Assembly: GCA_976226885.1 (NCBI GenBank)
Contig: OZ320321.1
Coordinates: 43,648,001-43,712,000 of the forward strand
Direction: 5' to 3'
Length of the DNA stretch: 64,000 nucleotides
Source of the DNA: Iphione sp. A-MEVVRFRX5
Lineage: Eukaryota
The notes under the pieces are model-generated. The model searched no databases, was not told the DNA's origin, and saw only the letters and a list, made by a program, of their open reading frames with translations. How positions within the stretch are numbered: the stretch's first letter is position 1; each line of letters opens with the position of its first letter. The position numbers and the translations under genes were made by a program. Of this stretch, positions 62,847 to 64,000 are shown in pieces.

Positions 62847-64000
62847 GCGACATACTGACAGTATCCACAACTCATAAAATCCTTACATTTGAAGTTGTCT
62901 AAAACAGAACCGTTACCAGCAGCGATTCTATTACTCGTGGCAGTAACTATTGACTCTCTGTAAATATATAAAATATACATGTACATATCTTATCTATAGA
63001 TCAATAAATCAGTTGCCTTGTACGTAATATTTAGATATTAACATATGTGTATCTACATCATATATATGTAGTGTAAGTAAAGGTAAAATTTGATAGATGT
63101 TCGATTAAACTTAAAGTCATTTTTTGATGAGAAAGAAGAAAAGAAAAGAGTATAATAACTAATATATTCAAGTTCTGCATCCAGCTGCAGCGGGTGCAGT
63201 AAGGATGTCACAACACATGACCTATCACGTGACAACATGACAAACTCCCCTAATTTCGCTCAATGCCCTCGCAATCTAACCTTGTCACTAGGGGGTGTTG
63301 GGCACGGGCCGCTACAGGTTACACCGGATCATCTCGTCGAGACCCGCGAGACTTTGGCCTTCGTGTCCTTGACAGTGATCTCATGAATACGAAACTGCAC
63401 GTTGACGGAGCGGCTGTTGCCCACGCTCTGACATATCCTTTGATAACTGAGATAATTGCTCCGGGAGATGGCGAAACACTGGGAGTCTGTGACCTCCGCC
63501 CTACATATCCCCGACCCACCGCAGCTTACACACCCGTCAGCACCCCTCGACCCCTTCCAACTGGCCACCGGCACTCTGTGCTGGCGAGGTGTTTCGGGGT
63601 GAGCGAGCCCCTATGGACTTTGCTTTCTGCCTGAGGGGTAACTGATGGTAGAATCAGGAGCCAGGTCGGCGGACGTGGCGCCCAGCTTCCAGTCGCCTTG
63701 ATGTAATACACGTCAGGTCAGGTGGGCCTGTGTCGGTGCCCACGGTCGCTGTGGGCGCCCATCAGATCCATCAGCACCTAGCCTGGGGGCCTGCTTTATG
63801 TGCACGCCTCCATTCAGCCGGATACTTTACTTTCGGAAATAATTTCCAGAATTTGAAGCTGCAACCGAACAGCCTCTCTGAGCTTTGTTTTATCATACTG
63901 TCTTGATTGCCCAGACGGGAAGTACGTGTACCGGTATTTGTCTTTTAATTCTTCGTCATATCTTTTCATCAAATTAATCCAAATTATGGCATTTTGCTTC

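Noticed and set aside
1-64000. Canonical PTF1-J sites (E-box plus TTCCCA at fixed spacing) and Su(H)/RBPJ GTGGGAA sites, expected near PRDM13
   Set aside because: No correctly spaced composite was found by eye, and the roughly ten GTGGGAA/TTCCCAC words are about the chance expectation. A PWM scan is needed to exclude them properly.

Overview
This is eukaryotic (animal) genomic DNA, not a prokaryotic window. High GC3 in the exons, abundant TACATGTA/ACATGT words and the transposon types suggest an invertebrate deuterostome, most likely amphioxus (inference). I can support only one protein-coding gene: a minus-strand PR/SET-domain zinc-finger gene of the PRDM8/PRDM13 group, best match PRDM13. 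Its three coding exons (5907-6044/6055, 1236-1464, <1-964) splice in frame at GT-AG junctions, and the gene runs off the left edge. The other ~57 kb upstream look like a gene desert: CpG-rich islands (candidate enhancers, promoters and CTCF-like sites) alternate with AT-rich stretches carrying transposon debris. That debris includes a CACTG-ended non-autonomous element with about 15 TTAGTCA/TGACTAA motifs, pogo/Tigger-like MITEs, a probable solo LTR, minisatellites and several decayed coding-like relics. I see no CRISPR array, rRNA, tRNA or recognisable miRNA, and no convincing new multi-gene system. The best leads are regulatory or transposon-related. All motif calls were made by eye.
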